From Acaryochloridaceae cyanobacterium VAR_48_metabat_390 (lineage in GTDB: Bacteria; Cyanobacteriota; Cyanobacteriia; Thermosynechococcales; Thermosynechococcaceae): DNA of 60,798 nucleotides. The DNA lies in the NCBI GenBank assembly GCA_031422435.1, contig JANPLU010000056.1:1-60798 (forward strand), written 5' to 3'. The notes under the pieces are model-generated. The model ran no database searches. It was not told the DNA's origin and saw only the letters and a list, made by a program, of their open reading frames with translations. Below, in pieces: positions 47,267 through 57,036 of the stretch; positions within the stretch are counted from its first letter, which is position 1, and each line of letters opens with the position of its first letter. The position numbers and the translations under genes are program-made.

Positions 47267-50050
47267 TGAAAAAGATAGTTTTTGAGTCATAAAATCTGTT
47301 GCAGCCTCTGCGGGAAGAGGACGGCTAAAGAAATAGCCCTGTACACTATTGCATTCGATAGAGCGAAGAAACTCTACCTGATCAGCTTCTTCTACTCCTT
47401 CTGCTACAACGTGAAGATTTAGCGCATGTCCTAACGTCACAATTGCCTTTACAATTTCTGCCTTGCTGGTATTGCTGAGGGCATCAGAAATGAAAGAGCG
47501 GTCAATTTTTAAAACATGAAAAGGGAACGCAATTAAAGAACTTAAAGATGAATAGCCCGTTCCAAAATCATCCATAGAGACAGAGATGCCCATGCTATTG
47601 AGCTTGTTCAATACAGCAATGGTCAGCTTAGTATCTTGAATAGCAATACCTTCAGTAATTTCTAGCTCTAAATACTGTGGATCTAGACCTGTTTCTTGCA
47701 GTATTTTCTCAATCATAGAAGATAAGTTTTGCTGCTGAAACTGTCTCGCAGACAGATTAACAGCCATCCGGAAAGGAGGTATACCCATCTGCTGCCAAGC
47801 TTTGTTTTGGGTACAGGCCGTATGAAGCACCCATTCTCCGATTGCACAAATTAACCCCGTTTCTTCTGCCAGGGGAATAAAATTATTGGGGGGCACCAAC
47901 CCTAATGTGGGATGATTCCAGCGCACCAAAGCTTCCACTGCCAAAATCTGGCCTGTCATTAGATCAACCTGGGGCTGATAATGCAGTAACAATTCATGGC
48001 GTTCTAGGGCTTTATGAAGATTATTCTCTAGCGTAAGCTGTTCTAATGCTTTTGTATTAATCGCTGGGCTGTACACCTGAAAGTTATTTTTCCCCTGCTG
48101 CTTAACGCGATACATGGCTGCATCCGCATTTTTTAAAAGCGTTTCAGCATCTTCGCCATCATAGGGCGCTAGGGCAATACCCAGGCTAGCCCTAATATAA
48201 AATTCTTTCCCCGCCAACAGAAATGGCGTATTGAAAAGATTGAGAATACGCTGCGCAATTTTAACCGCTTCTTCTGAACACGACAGTTTAGAAAAGAGGA
48301 GCGTAAACTCATCCCCACCCCACCGTGCAACGGTATCACCGTCTCGCAAACATGACTTTAGGCGCTGAGCGGCAATTTGTAAAAGACAATCGCCTGTGAA
48401 GTGACCGAGGGTATCGTTAATGGTTTTAAAGCGGTCTAGATCTAGGAAAATAACGGCTAGCAGCTCTCCATATTGCTGCGCCCTCGCCAAGGCTAAAGAA
48501 AGATGATCGTTAAATAGAAGACGATTGGGTAGCCCTGTCAAAGCATCATGGGATGCCTGATGCCGCATGATATGTTCGACACGACGCTGCATCACTGCCA
48601 TGTAGATATGGGTGCCCAATGCCTTCGCCAGACTTACTTCGCTGCGCGTCCATTTCTCGGCCTGGTTTTTTTTGATTTCACACCATGCTTCAAACGATTC
48701 GCGGGGGCGAATGTTTTGCTCATCAGCGTTAATTTTGCCAGCCCATAGCGTTTCGGTTTCAATTTCATTTCTAAAAATGCTGAGAAACCCGATGCACTGC
48801 TGTTGATAGTGCAGCGGCACAATCAAGACAGAGCGAATGGGGGTTGACTCAAAAGCAGAAGCCAAGGGCTGAAATCGAGCCTCTTTATAGAGGTCATTAA
48901 CGACACAGAGGCTCAGGGGACTAGAGCCTTTAAAAACTGACCTAGAGTCAGCCTGTTGATGACTGTAGGCTGCCTTAAAATCATCAATGGCAGCGATCGC
49001 CTTAAGCGTTTGGTTGGGATAAGTCTGTTCTGGTTCTAAGGCTGCTTTAGCAATAGAAGCAAATGCGTTAAGAACTTGGCTTACGGGAGACGTCTCTTGA
49101 GCTTTAGCGAGCTGATGTTGTAAATGCCGTGCTTCCGGCAATGTTTCGGCAATATTCTCTAACTTTGCATCCGTAAATGAGGCCAACGTATCTTGCCAAA
49201 GCTGCGTTTCTTCTAGCCACTGCATTGTGGGCTGCTGTCCAAAGCAGTAAAGCTGAGAGCCTTGTCCCGTTGGCTCTGCTGTAATAAAAAGCCTGCCACC
49301 AGAACCCCCCACACCCTCTACTGCCGCCTCTAAAACCTGCTGCCGAATCACAGACTCCCCAGAGGGTAATAGCAGCAGACGGCTGATGCGATTGATATTA
49401 GACTCATGCCAGGTTTGTCGCCGTGCCTGACTCAAAAGATCAGACTGGGCGATCGCAATGGAAAGCTGATCGACCAAAAGCTGCACAAAGTTTAATTCTC
49501 GTTCAGAATAATGACGGGGCTGACTGTGATGAGAGACAAAAAGACCCCACAGCCTACCTTGATGCACAATGGGCAGTGTTAAGGATGAAGCCACACCCAT
49601 TGCAGTCAAGTACTGAATATGACAAGAATCTACAGGCACGTAGCGAATATCTTCTTTATCAAAGCTGCTGCCCGTCTCAGTGCAGTCTAATCGCGCTAGC
49701 ACCTGTCGCTGAGCGGTTACATCAACAATGACGCGCTGTCTGGCCTTGATAAATAGCGCAAGGGCTTGGGGTGGGATATCACCTGCGGGAAATCGAAGCC
49801 CAAGGAGAGAGGGCAACGGGTTTGAGGCTACGCTATCCCGAGCCTCCGCAATGACCTCTCCATCCCCATCTGGGTGAAATCTATAGATTTTGACGCGGGG
49901 AGTCCTCAAAATTCCACGGATCTCTGCAACCGTGGTGTTTAAAATTTCGCTTAGCTCTAAAGATTGCCGAATGCGACTTGTAATTCGATTGAGCAGTCCT
50001 TCGTAATCTGAAGCAGATGCAGGCATCTCTGGAGTTAGAGCATCTTTCAT
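47249..50050 (-). CDS. Knotless (Cph2-type) phytochrome GAF-GAF with GGDEF and EAL domains
   Basis: GAF1 FPAGDIP...VDSCHIQYL; GAF2 tongue WAG...PRESFEAW; intact GGDEF, EAL and DDFGTGYSSL; likely start ATG 50050. Confidence 0.88.
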   Translation of the reverse strand: MKDALTPEMPASASDYEGLLNRITSRIRQSLELSEILNTTVAEIRGILRTPRVKIYRFHPDGDGEVIAEARDSVASNPLPSLLGLRFPAGDIPPQALALFIKARQRVIVDVTAQRQVLARLDCTETGSSFDKEDIRYVPVDSCHIQYLTAMGVASSLTLPIVHQGRLWGLFVSHHSQPRHYSERELNFVQLLVDQLSIAIAQSDLLSQARRQTWHESNINRISRLLLLPSGESVIRQQVLEAAVEGVGGSGGRLFITAEPTGQGSQLYCFGQQPTMQWLEETQLWQDTLASFTDAKLENIAETLPEARHLQHQLAKAQETSPVSQVLNAFASIAKAALEPEQTYPNQTLKAIAAIDDFKAAYSHQQADSRSVFKGSSPLSLCVVNDLYKEARFQPLASAFESTPIRSVLIVPLHYQQQCIGFLSIFRNEIETETLWAGKINADEQNIRPRESFEAWCEIKKNQAEKWTRSEVSLAKALGTHIYMAVMQRRVEHIMRHQASHDALTGLPNRLLFNDHLSLALARAQQYGELLAVIFLDLDRFKTINDTLGHFTGDCLLQIAAQRLKSCLRDGDTVARWGGDEFTLLFSKLSCSEEAVKIAQRILNLFNTPFLLAGKEFYIRASLGIALAPYDGEDAETLLKNADAAMYRVKQQGKNNFQVYSPAINTKALEQLTLENNLHKALERHELLLHYQPQVDLMTGQILAVEALVRWNHPTLGLVPPNNFIPLAEETGLICAIGEWVLHTACTQNKAWQQMGIPPFRMAVNLSARQFQQQNLSSMIEKILQETGLDPQYLELEITEGIAIQDTKLTIAVLNKLNSMGISVSMDDFGTGYSSLSSLIAFPFHVLKIDRSFISDALSNTSKAEIVKAIVTLGHALNLHVVAEGVEEADQVEFLRSIECNSVQGYFFSRPLPAEAATDFMTQKLSFSLGFCT

Positions 50051-50612
50051 AGAGTTTCTACGCTTCTTATTAAGAAATCTTTGATGGCTATCAGGGAACC
50101 CCTTACCAAGAGGCTGATATACGCAATGCCTAAATCTTAGAGACTTAGTAGATTGCAAACTCCTTACATTCGATCCCCCCTTTATAAAGAGGGGGCTTTA
50201 AAGTCAAAGTCTCCCATTCTTTTGACGTAGCTACTCTGAAAGCGCTGAGAGAATTTAGGAGGATTGAATGTAACGAATTTCTGGAAAGATCATGATTTAT
50301 GATCGGTTAGGACGGGTTAGTGTCAGCAAAAAATATATAAGAAAGCCTCGTCATCTATGGCTTTGACGACTGACCAACTTAAGTTACCCGTATTTTATGA
50401 ACAAATGAACAGCCGCTATGTAGACAATAAATTTTGTCTACGCAAAAATTGATTTATGGGCGAGACATTAATGGATATACGGGTTTTCTCATCCATAAAG
50501 CTCTAAATAACGTCAAAAGCGTCGTATGCTGCACCCTAGCGTTGAGGCTAAAGACCATACCCTTACTCAAAGAAAGTTACTCATTAAGAGTAAATCTGTT
50601 AACTATTGTTGC

Positions 50613-51590
50613 TTAAATTAAGGAGGAACTTTTATTGGTAGGTATTAGTCCTCGCAGGGTTTCTGCGGCTGTACGGGGCATCCACCCAAGCTGCGATCGC
50701 GCTTTGTCTCCGCTCACCCGCACACAGCGGTCATAGACGTAGTGAACCCGCTCTCGGCTTAGGGGTGGCTGCCACCGCAATAGCCTGCCGATGGGGTCTA
50801 AGAGATTCCCTAAAAGGCGCACAACGACTTCGGGGGCTTCCGCTGGTGCCGGAATGCCAGACTGCTGGCTAAACTGCTGAAACATTTCGCGGGTACTCAT
50901 TTCCCCTGCCGAAATAATGTAGTGTTCGCCCCTGCGCCCTCGCTCCGCTGCCAAAATCATGGCTTCTACAAGGTCATCGACATGGACAATGCCTGTGATG
51001 CGATCGCCCCCCGCCCACAGTTTCAGCCGCCCTTTCAGAAAAGTCTGTACCACTGGTCCAAAGTGAGGGTCATCTGCACCAAAAATACCGGAAGGCAATA
51101 CGCTGACCACATCAAACCCTTTCTGGGCTGCTTCATCTACGGACTGTTGGGCAAGGTATTTTGTGCGATCGTAGGCAGAAGAAAAGGTAGTTTGGGTGCG
51201 TACAAAGGTCTCGTCTACCACCTTTCCCTGGGTGTCGCCCAATACGCCAATGGTGCTGCAATGCACCATCTTAGAAACGCCAGCCGCCTGAGCTGCCGCG
51301 AGTACCGCCTGAGTGCCCTGCACATTCACCTGCTCCATTGCCGTGGCATCGACTAAGCCCAGCTCCACATAGGCTGCGGTGTGAAAAACGGTATCTACAT
51401 CTGTCATTGCAGCCGTCAGCGCAGCCTGATCCGTAATGTCGCCGTAGGCATAGGTGAGGGGGAGATTAGCGAGGCGATCGCACTGGCTGGTAAGGCGCAC
51501 GTAGGCGATTACCGCAATGCCCCGCTGCACCAACGCCTTCACCAAATGCGATCCGGTAAAGCCATTCGCCCCTGTGACTAACGCTTTCAT
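50613..51590 (-). CDS. NAD-dependent epimerase/dehydratase (extended SDR)
   Basis: TGANGFTG and YDRTK (YxxxK). Confidence 0.88.
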   Translation of the reverse strand: MKALVTGANGFTGSHLVKALVQRGIAVIAYVRLTSQCDRLANLPLTYAYGDITDQAALTAAMTDVDTVFHTAAYVELGLVDATAMEQVNVQGTQAVLAAAQAAGVSKMVHCSTIGVLGDTQGKVVDETFVRTQTTFSSAYDRTKYLAQQSVDEAAQKGFDVVSVLPSGIFGADDPHFGPVVQTFLKGRLKLWAGGDRITGIVHVDDLVEAMILAAERGRRGEHYIISAGEMSTREMFQQFSQQSGIPAPAEAPEVVVRLLGNLLDPIGRLLRWQPPLSRERVHYVYDRCVRVSGDKARSQLGWMPRTAAETLRGLIPTNKSSSLI

Positions 51591-52735
51591 AGGGCTTTCT
51601 CGTAAATTCGGTAGGTCTTGTAAATCTTACCGCCTGCGGCTTCAATCAGCTTTCGGGAAGGGTAATTGTCTTCAAAAACCCAAGATAGCTCTGCGCGTTT
51701 GTAGGGCTTACCCTTTTTGAGTCCGCCCTGCATCCCCAAATAAATCAGACCCAACGGCACCATCTTGCGCCGATACTCTGGCAGCGAACAAATGGCAATC
51801 ACGCGGCCCTGGTCAATCTGGCGGCGATACCACAGAAATTTGAGAATCCCCAGCCAGTTGAGTTTGCCACCGATGTGCTTGAGCGCAATGTTGTAGTCAG
51901 GTAGCCCCATCCAAAAGCCAATCATTTCACCGTTGTATTCCGCGACCGGAAACACGTCCGGATCTACCAAGTCCTGAAGACTTTTGGCTTCTTCTAGAAA
52001 TTCTTCTAAGGTACGAGGTGTAGAACTCCAGTTATTGGCAAAGGCTATATTAAACAGGTCATAGATTTTCTTACAGTCATCGGTAAAGTCTTGCCCTTTG
52101 GTGTGGATGGGGCGAAAGGTTACGCCCGACTGACAGGCAATGCGATAGCCTTTCTCAAAGGGTTTAGATAGCGCTTGATTCAGCGGAAAGTCATAGGCGT
52201 AGGCATCCTTGGCTTTGTGCCAGCCCATCTGCTCCATCAACTGCGGGTAGTGAGGCGGGTTGTAGGGCATCATCATCATCGGGGGGCTGTCAAACCCATC
52301 GACCAAAAACAGGCAGCTATTGTGGGTAGAAAGGTCTATGGGACCTCGGATGCGCTGAATCCCCTGGTTTTTTAGCCACTGCTGGGCGGCAGCAAACAGC
52401 GCTTTGGCAATTTCTAAATCAGGGATGCACTCAAAGTAGCCAAATAGCCCAATGGGTTCCCCTTCGCGCTCAATCAGCCGCTGATTCACCGATGCCACAA
52501 TGCGCCCGACGGGCTGACCGTTCACCAGCGCGATAAAGGCTTGCAGGGTGCTGTAGGTACGGAAAGGATTGCTGGGGGAAAGCTGAGCGGCGATCGCACT
52601 TCTTAGCGGCGGCACCCAATGCGGATCGGTAGCATAGACGCGCTGCGGCACATCTAAAAATAGCTCAAGGTCTGCAGCGGTTGAGACAGCTCGGATGTCC
52701 GTAGATGAACTTGAAAGAGATGAACTTGAAAGCAT
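51587..52735 (-). CDS. YghO-like GNAT-fold protein
   Basis: WVPPLR, GRIVA, GLFGYFEC, PYNPPHY, ELSWVFEDN, YKTYRIY; overlaps the SDR start. Confidence 0.75.
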   Translation of the reverse strand: MLSSSSLSSSSTDIRAVSTAADLELFLDVPQRVYATDPHWVPPLRSAIAAQLSPSNPFRTYSTLQAFIALVNGQPVGRIVASVNQRLIEREGEPIGLFGYFECIPDLEIAKALFAAAQQWLKNQGIQRIRGPIDLSTHNSCLFLVDGFDSPPMMMMPYNPPHYPQLMEQMGWHKAKDAYAYDFPLNQALSKPFEKGYRIACQSGVTFRPIHTKGQDFTDDCKKIYDLFNIAFANNWSSTPRTLEEFLEEAKSLQDLVDPDVFPVAEYNGEMIGFWMGLPDYNIALKHIGGKLNWLGILKFLWYRRQIDQGRVIAICSLPEYRRKMVPLGLIYLGMQGGLKKGKPYKRAELSWVFEDNYPSRKLIEAAGGKIYKTYRIYEKAL

Positions 52736-52890
52736 AATTTTGAGGACGGCTCAAGGGGATGCCGTGAGTGCAGCCACCCAAAGCATAGCTGAATCGGGCA
52801 ATGACGCTTACTAAGGTATTTTGCACGACAACAAAATTTGTTAAATTACGTTAAGTTGTAGCAGTCTACACAGAAATACTAGGTAAATAC

Positions 52891-53292
52891 ATGAGCAACA
52901 TCGTTGATACAGCCATTAATGCTGGTTCTTTCAAAACCCTAGTCTCTGCCATTCAAGCTGCTGGGCTAGTAGATACCCTCAAGGGTGAAGGCCCTTTTAC
53001 CGTCTTTGCACCAACCGATGAAGCATTTGCTAAGCTCCCAGCGGGCACTGTTGAAGGTTTGCTAGGCGATATTCCTAAACTCAAGCAAATTCTGACCTAC
53101 CACGTTGTCTCAGGTAAGGTCATGGCTGCTGATGTAGTCAAATTGACTTCTGCAACAACCGTTGAAGGTTCGGATGTAAAGATTGACGCGTCTCATGGCG
53201 TAAAGGTAAACGATTCAACCGTTGTAACGCCTGACGTTGCAGCAGATAATGGTGTAATTCACATCATTGATACCGTTCTGCTTCCTGCCTAA
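52891..53292 (+). CDS. Fasciclin (FAS1) domain protein
   Basis: [31 protein letters not shown]. Confidence 0.93.
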   Translation: MSNIVDTAINAGSFKTLVSAIQAAGLVDTLKGEGPFTVFAPTDEAFAKLPAGTVEGLLGDIPKLKQILTYHVVSGKVMAADVVKLTSATTVEGSDVKIDASHGVKVNDSTVVTPDVAADNGVIHIIDTVLLPA

Positions 53293-53329
53293 GCGAACGA
53301 TTAGTTAGCAGAGCAAATTGAGTTTTTAG

Positions 53330-53371
53330 TGTGAGGTGGCAATGATAAGAAGTTGCCACCTCACATTTTTT
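53330..53371 (+). terminator. Rho-independent terminator
   Basis: 13-bp stem TGTGAGGTGGCAA/TTGCCACCTCACA followed by a T run. Confidence 0.85.
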
Positions 53372-53425
53372 AATGTCTAAAAAAACTTACCAAAGATCGC
53401 CTATGGAGGTTACTGAGCCTAAAAG

Positions 53426-54679
53426 CTAGTGCGACAAAAAATCGTCCTGCATAAAGCGATCAATGCGCTGAAGCCGCTGGGTTTCGACTGAATCTCTCTG
53501 GATCAAATTAGGCTTAGCAAGTGCAACTTCGCCACCCCAGTGCTGAACTAAACGCTTCAAAAAGCCATCTTGCTCTTTACGAAACCCATCCGTAAAATCA
53601 TTCCCGCTGTTCATCACTGCAAACCAAACGGTTCCATAGCGCTGCGTCTGAAGAACACCCGCTAATCCACTGGTGTTCCAAAGGGTTCCGGTTTTAACAA
53701 TCGTTGCCACTGGCATCTTCCGTTCCTTCACCGTGCCGTGATCTTGCCCCATCACCGGAAACACATCGCCCAAACTCATCTGATGCTGCTGAAGCTCAGC
53801 CTGAACCGCCTGAAACAGACCCACTACCGCCCGAGGGGAAAGCTGATTATCTTGTCCTAGCCCAGACCCATTTTTGAGCAGAATTTCTGGTGGCGCAATT
53901 CGCCCGGTCTCCAAAGCAATTTTTTGCAGGACTTCCGCCCCGCTCAGCTGCTCCGTCAACGCTTCAGCAATGCGGTTGCTGCTGTATACGTTCATCATCT
54001 TTAATATTTCAGCTAAAGAAAGCGAGGCATAGCGGATCAACGGCTGACCCATGTGACTTTCTGGCTGAGTCTGACTGATGACAGAACCCTCAATCACAAT
54101 GCCAGGGTTGGCCGCATTCCAGGTGGCTTTGAGCTGTTCCCCTGCGGTTTGAAGATTAGTATCTAGGTTGAACGCAAACGTACCAGAGACGATCAGTCGG
54201 CCTGTGATTTTGCGGATGCCTAAGGTGTTGAGCTTAGCGGCAAGGGCGATCGCCTCATCCGTCACAAACAGCGGGTCGCCACCGCCCTGAACATGCAGAT
54301 CCCCCGTCAGCACACCATTGCTCACAGATCCGGTTGCCCATACCTGCGTCTTAAACTGATGGGTCGCCCCCCAAGTCTTAAGAGCCGCCAAAGTCGTCGC
54401 GACTTTTGTTAAAGAAGCAGGTGTCTGAAGCTGCTGCCCCTGATGATCGACCAGTAAGTCTTCATCAGTTTGCAGCCATAGCCCCTGCTGTTGAGCCGCC
54501 ATACCCTGCTGCGCAAGGCTCGATAGATAGACATCTACCAGCCGATCACGTTTAGCATCTGTAGGCTGAAGCGCAAAGTAACGCACTGAAGTAGACTGCT
54601 GTGGAAGCGGCAGCTCAGTCACACGGGCTGTTTTAAGCCAAAACCCCAGAAAACCAGACGTAAAAAACTCATTAAACAT
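53426..54679 (-). CDS. dacB: D-Ala-D-Ala carboxypeptidase (peptidase S13, DacB/PBP4)
   Basis: PASLTK (SxxK), GGGDP, SSN (SxN), NGSGL, KTGTL; likely start ATG 54679. Confidence 0.88.
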   Translation of the reverse strand: MFNEFFTSGFLGFWLKTARVTELPLPQQSTSVRYFALQPTDAKRDRLVDVYLSSLAQQGMAAQQQGLWLQTDEDLLVDHQGQQLQTPASLTKVATTLAALKTWGATHQFKTQVWATGSVSNGVLTGDLHVQGGGDPLFVTDEAIALAAKLNTLGIRKITGRLIVSGTFAFNLDTNLQTAGEQLKATWNAANPGIVIEGSVISQTQPESHMGQPLIRYASLSLAEILKMMNVYSSNRIAEALTEQLSGAEVLQKIALETGRIAPPEILLKNGSGLGQDNQLSPRAVVGLFQAVQAELQQHQMSLGDVFPVMGQDHGTVKERKMPVATIVKTGTLWNTSGLAGVLQTQRYGTVWFAVMNSGNDFTDGFRKEQDGFLKRLVQHWGGEVALAKPNLIQRDSVETQRLQRIDRFMQDDFLSH

Positions 54680-54789
54680 GGGCAAGAACGTTGCAATCTC
54701 TGACGATTCAGTAGTGAAACACCGCAAAACGGCTAGAGTGGAGCCTAGGCAATCTGCTAAAATTCTTTAGGATTCTACAACATTGACCC

Positions 54790-55830
54790 ATGCCAGTATC
54801 TCGCGCACGGATTGCAATTGATGCAATGGGCGGTGACTACGCCCCAGATGAAGTTGTTGCCGGAGCGCTCAGAGCGCAAGAAGAACTGGGTGTAGATATT
54901 TTTCTGGTGGGCGACCCAGAACAAGTCAGCGCCTCTGTTCAAAAGCATTCTCCCTCGGCCTCGGTAGAGGTAGTGGCCTCAGAGGGCGTCATTGAGATGC
55001 ATGAAGAGCCGCTGATTGCTCTGCGTCGCAAGCCCAAGTCTTCTATTAACATCTCGATGGATATGGTCAAGCAGGGACGTGCCGATGCAGTGGTGTCTGC
55101 GGGACACTCTGGTGCGGCAATGGCTGCGGCGCTTTTGCGCTTGGGGCGTATTAAAGGCGTAGACCGACCTGCTATTGGCGCATTGCTGCCCACTATGATT
55201 CCGGGTAAGCAGGTTTTGCTGCTGGACGTAGGCGCAAACGTAGACTGTCGCCCTAAATTTTTAGATCAGTTTGCCACCATGGGCAGCATCTATAGCCAGT
55301 TTGTTTTAGAAACCGAAGACCCTAAAATTGGCCTGCTCAATATTGGCGAAGAGGAGTCGAAAGGCAATGAACTCGCTCTGCGCGCCCATGAGCTGCTTAA
55401 GGTAAACCCCAATATTAATTTTGTGGGCAACGCCGAAGGGCGAGACGTGTTGTCTGGTCACTTTGATGTGGTGGTCTGCGATGGGTACGCAGGCAATGCC
55501 CTACTCAAGTTTGCAGAGGCGGTGGGTGAGTTTGTGGTACAAATTCTGCGCGAAGAGCTGCCCCAAGGCATCCGAGGCAAAGTAGGCACTGCACTGCTAA
55601 TGCCAAATCTCCGTCGCATTAAGCAGCGCATTGACCACGCAGAACACGGCGGGGCACTACTGCTGGGCGTAGACGGCATCTGCATTATTAGCCACGGCAG
55701 TTCCCAAGCACCTTCGGTATTTAACGCCATTCGGCTGGCGGCTGAGGCCGTAGACCATAAAGTTTCAGACCAAATTCGCGGCTGCTATCAAAAAGTGATG
55801 GCGGCATCCGTTTCAAAGGGAGATCGCTAG
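54790..55830 (+). CDS. plsX: Phosphate acyltransferase
   Basis: IAIDAMGGD, SAGHSGA, LDVGAN, LLNIGEE, SHGSS. Confidence 0.96.
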   Translation: MPVSRARIAIDAMGGDYAPDEVVAGALRAQEELGVDIFLVGDPEQVSASVQKHSPSASVEVVASEGVIEMHEEPLIALRRKPKSSINISMDMVKQGRADAVVSAGHSGAAMAAALLRLGRIKGVDRPAIGALLPTMIPGKQVLLLDVGANVDCRPKFLDQFATMGSIYSQFVLETEDPKIGLLNIGEEESKGNELALRAHELLKVNPNINFVGNAEGRDVLSGHFDVVVCDGYAGNALLKFAEAVGEFVVQILREELPQGIRGKVGTALLMPNLRRIKQRIDHAEHGGALLLGVDGICIISHGSSQAPSVFNAIRLAAEAVDHKVSDQIRGCYQKVMAASVSKGDR

Positions 55831-56846
55831 TGCAGCAGCAGCAGCAACATTGGGCGGCCGGAATGGCGATGACGGGATGCGGTTCAGCGGCACCCGCTGT
55901 TTCTTTGAGCAATGAAGACCTTAGCCAAGTTGTAGAAACCTCCGACGAGTGGATTGCCTCCCGCACAGGGATACGATCACGGCGTTTAGCATCGGCAGAT
56001 GAGTCTTTGGTTGGGTTTGCGGCAGAGGCGGCTAGAGGGGCGATCGCCATGGCAAACCTTGCGCCCACAGATATTGATCTGATTTTGCTAGCAACCTCCA
56101 CCCCAGAAGACCTGTTTGGCACAGCCTGTCAAATCCAGGCGCAGCTCGGCGCAACGCGGGCGGTAGCCTTTGATTTAACGGCGGCCTGCTCTGGTTTTGT
56201 CTTTGGCTTAGTAACGGCAGCGCAGTTTATTCGCACGGGTGTGTACAAAAACATTGTGCTGATTGGGGCAGATGTGCTGTCGCGCTGGGTAGATTGGTCC
56301 GATCGGCGTACTTGCGTTTTGTTTGGGGATGGCGCTGGGGCTGTAGTGCTTCAGGCAAGTGAACGCGATCGCCTGTTAGGGTTTGCGCTCCAAAGTGACG
56401 GAACCCAAAACAGCTACCTCAACTTGACATACCAGGCAGAGCATACGGCCTTGACCGATAAAGTGGCGATCGGTCGGGGTACATTTGCGCCCGTTACGAT
56501 GAATGGGAAAGAGGTCTATCGGTTTGCAGCGCGGCGGGTACCAGAGATTATTGAGAAGGCGCTGTTTCATGCAGATCTGACGGCAAATGATGTAGATTGG
56601 CTGCTGCTGCACCAGGCCAATCAGCGAATTTTAGATACGGTTGCCCAGCGGCTCAAAATTCCGCCAGAAAAGGTGATTAGTAATTTAGCTGAGTTTGGCA
56701 ACACGTCTGCGGCTTCTATTCCGTTGGCGCTAGATCCAGAGGTACGCGAGGGACGGATTAAGCCAGGGGATATTGTAGTGTCTGCTGGATTTGGTGCAGG
56801 TTTGAGCTGGGGCGCTGCCATTTTTGAGTGGGGTAGTGGTGAATAA
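55830..56846 (+). CDS. fabH: Beta-ketoacyl-ACP synthase III
   Basis: AACSGF, LFGDGAGA, HQANQRI, GNTSAAS, GFGAGLSWG. Confidence 0.96.
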   Translation: MQQQQQHWAAGMAMTGCGSAAPAVSLSNEDLSQVVETSDEWIASRTGIRSRRLASADESLVGFAAEAARGAIAMANLAPTDIDLILLATSTPEDLFGTACQIQAQLGATRAVAFDLTAACSGFVFGLVTAAQFIRTGVYKNIVLIGADVLSRWVDWSDRRTCVLFGDGAGAVVLQASERDRLLGFALQSDGTQNSYLNLTYQAEHTALTDKVAIGRGTFAPVTMNGKEVYRFAARRVPEIIEKALFHADLTANDVDWLLLHQANQRILDTVAQRLKIPPEKVISNLAEFGNTSAASIPLALDPEVREGRIKPGDIVVSAGFGAGLSWGAAIFEWGSGE

Positions 56847-57036
56847 GACTCACGACCTTGGCGGAGGAAACTGTCTTACGAAGAGATGATAAGGCTCAAC
56901 CTTTGACATAAATAAGCTTTGAGTCTTTATTGTGTATGCCTGAGCCATTCAATCATCAGCTCTCATAAGATCCAACAGCGCTTCTCTCAAAAACTCAAGC
57001 TGAACTAGAGATCAGACTTGAATCTACATTCCGGAT

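Noticed and set aside
50160..50612. c-di-GMP riboswitch or small ORF upstream of the GGDEF-EAL gene
   Set aside because: Only weak hairpins and a degenerate C-run/G-run repeat near 50175-50196; no riboswitch consensus seen
52703..52732. Tandem 15-bp repeat AGATGAACTTGAAAG x2
   Set aside because: Simple in-frame duplication giving a Ser-rich N-terminus; no sign of an array or phase variation
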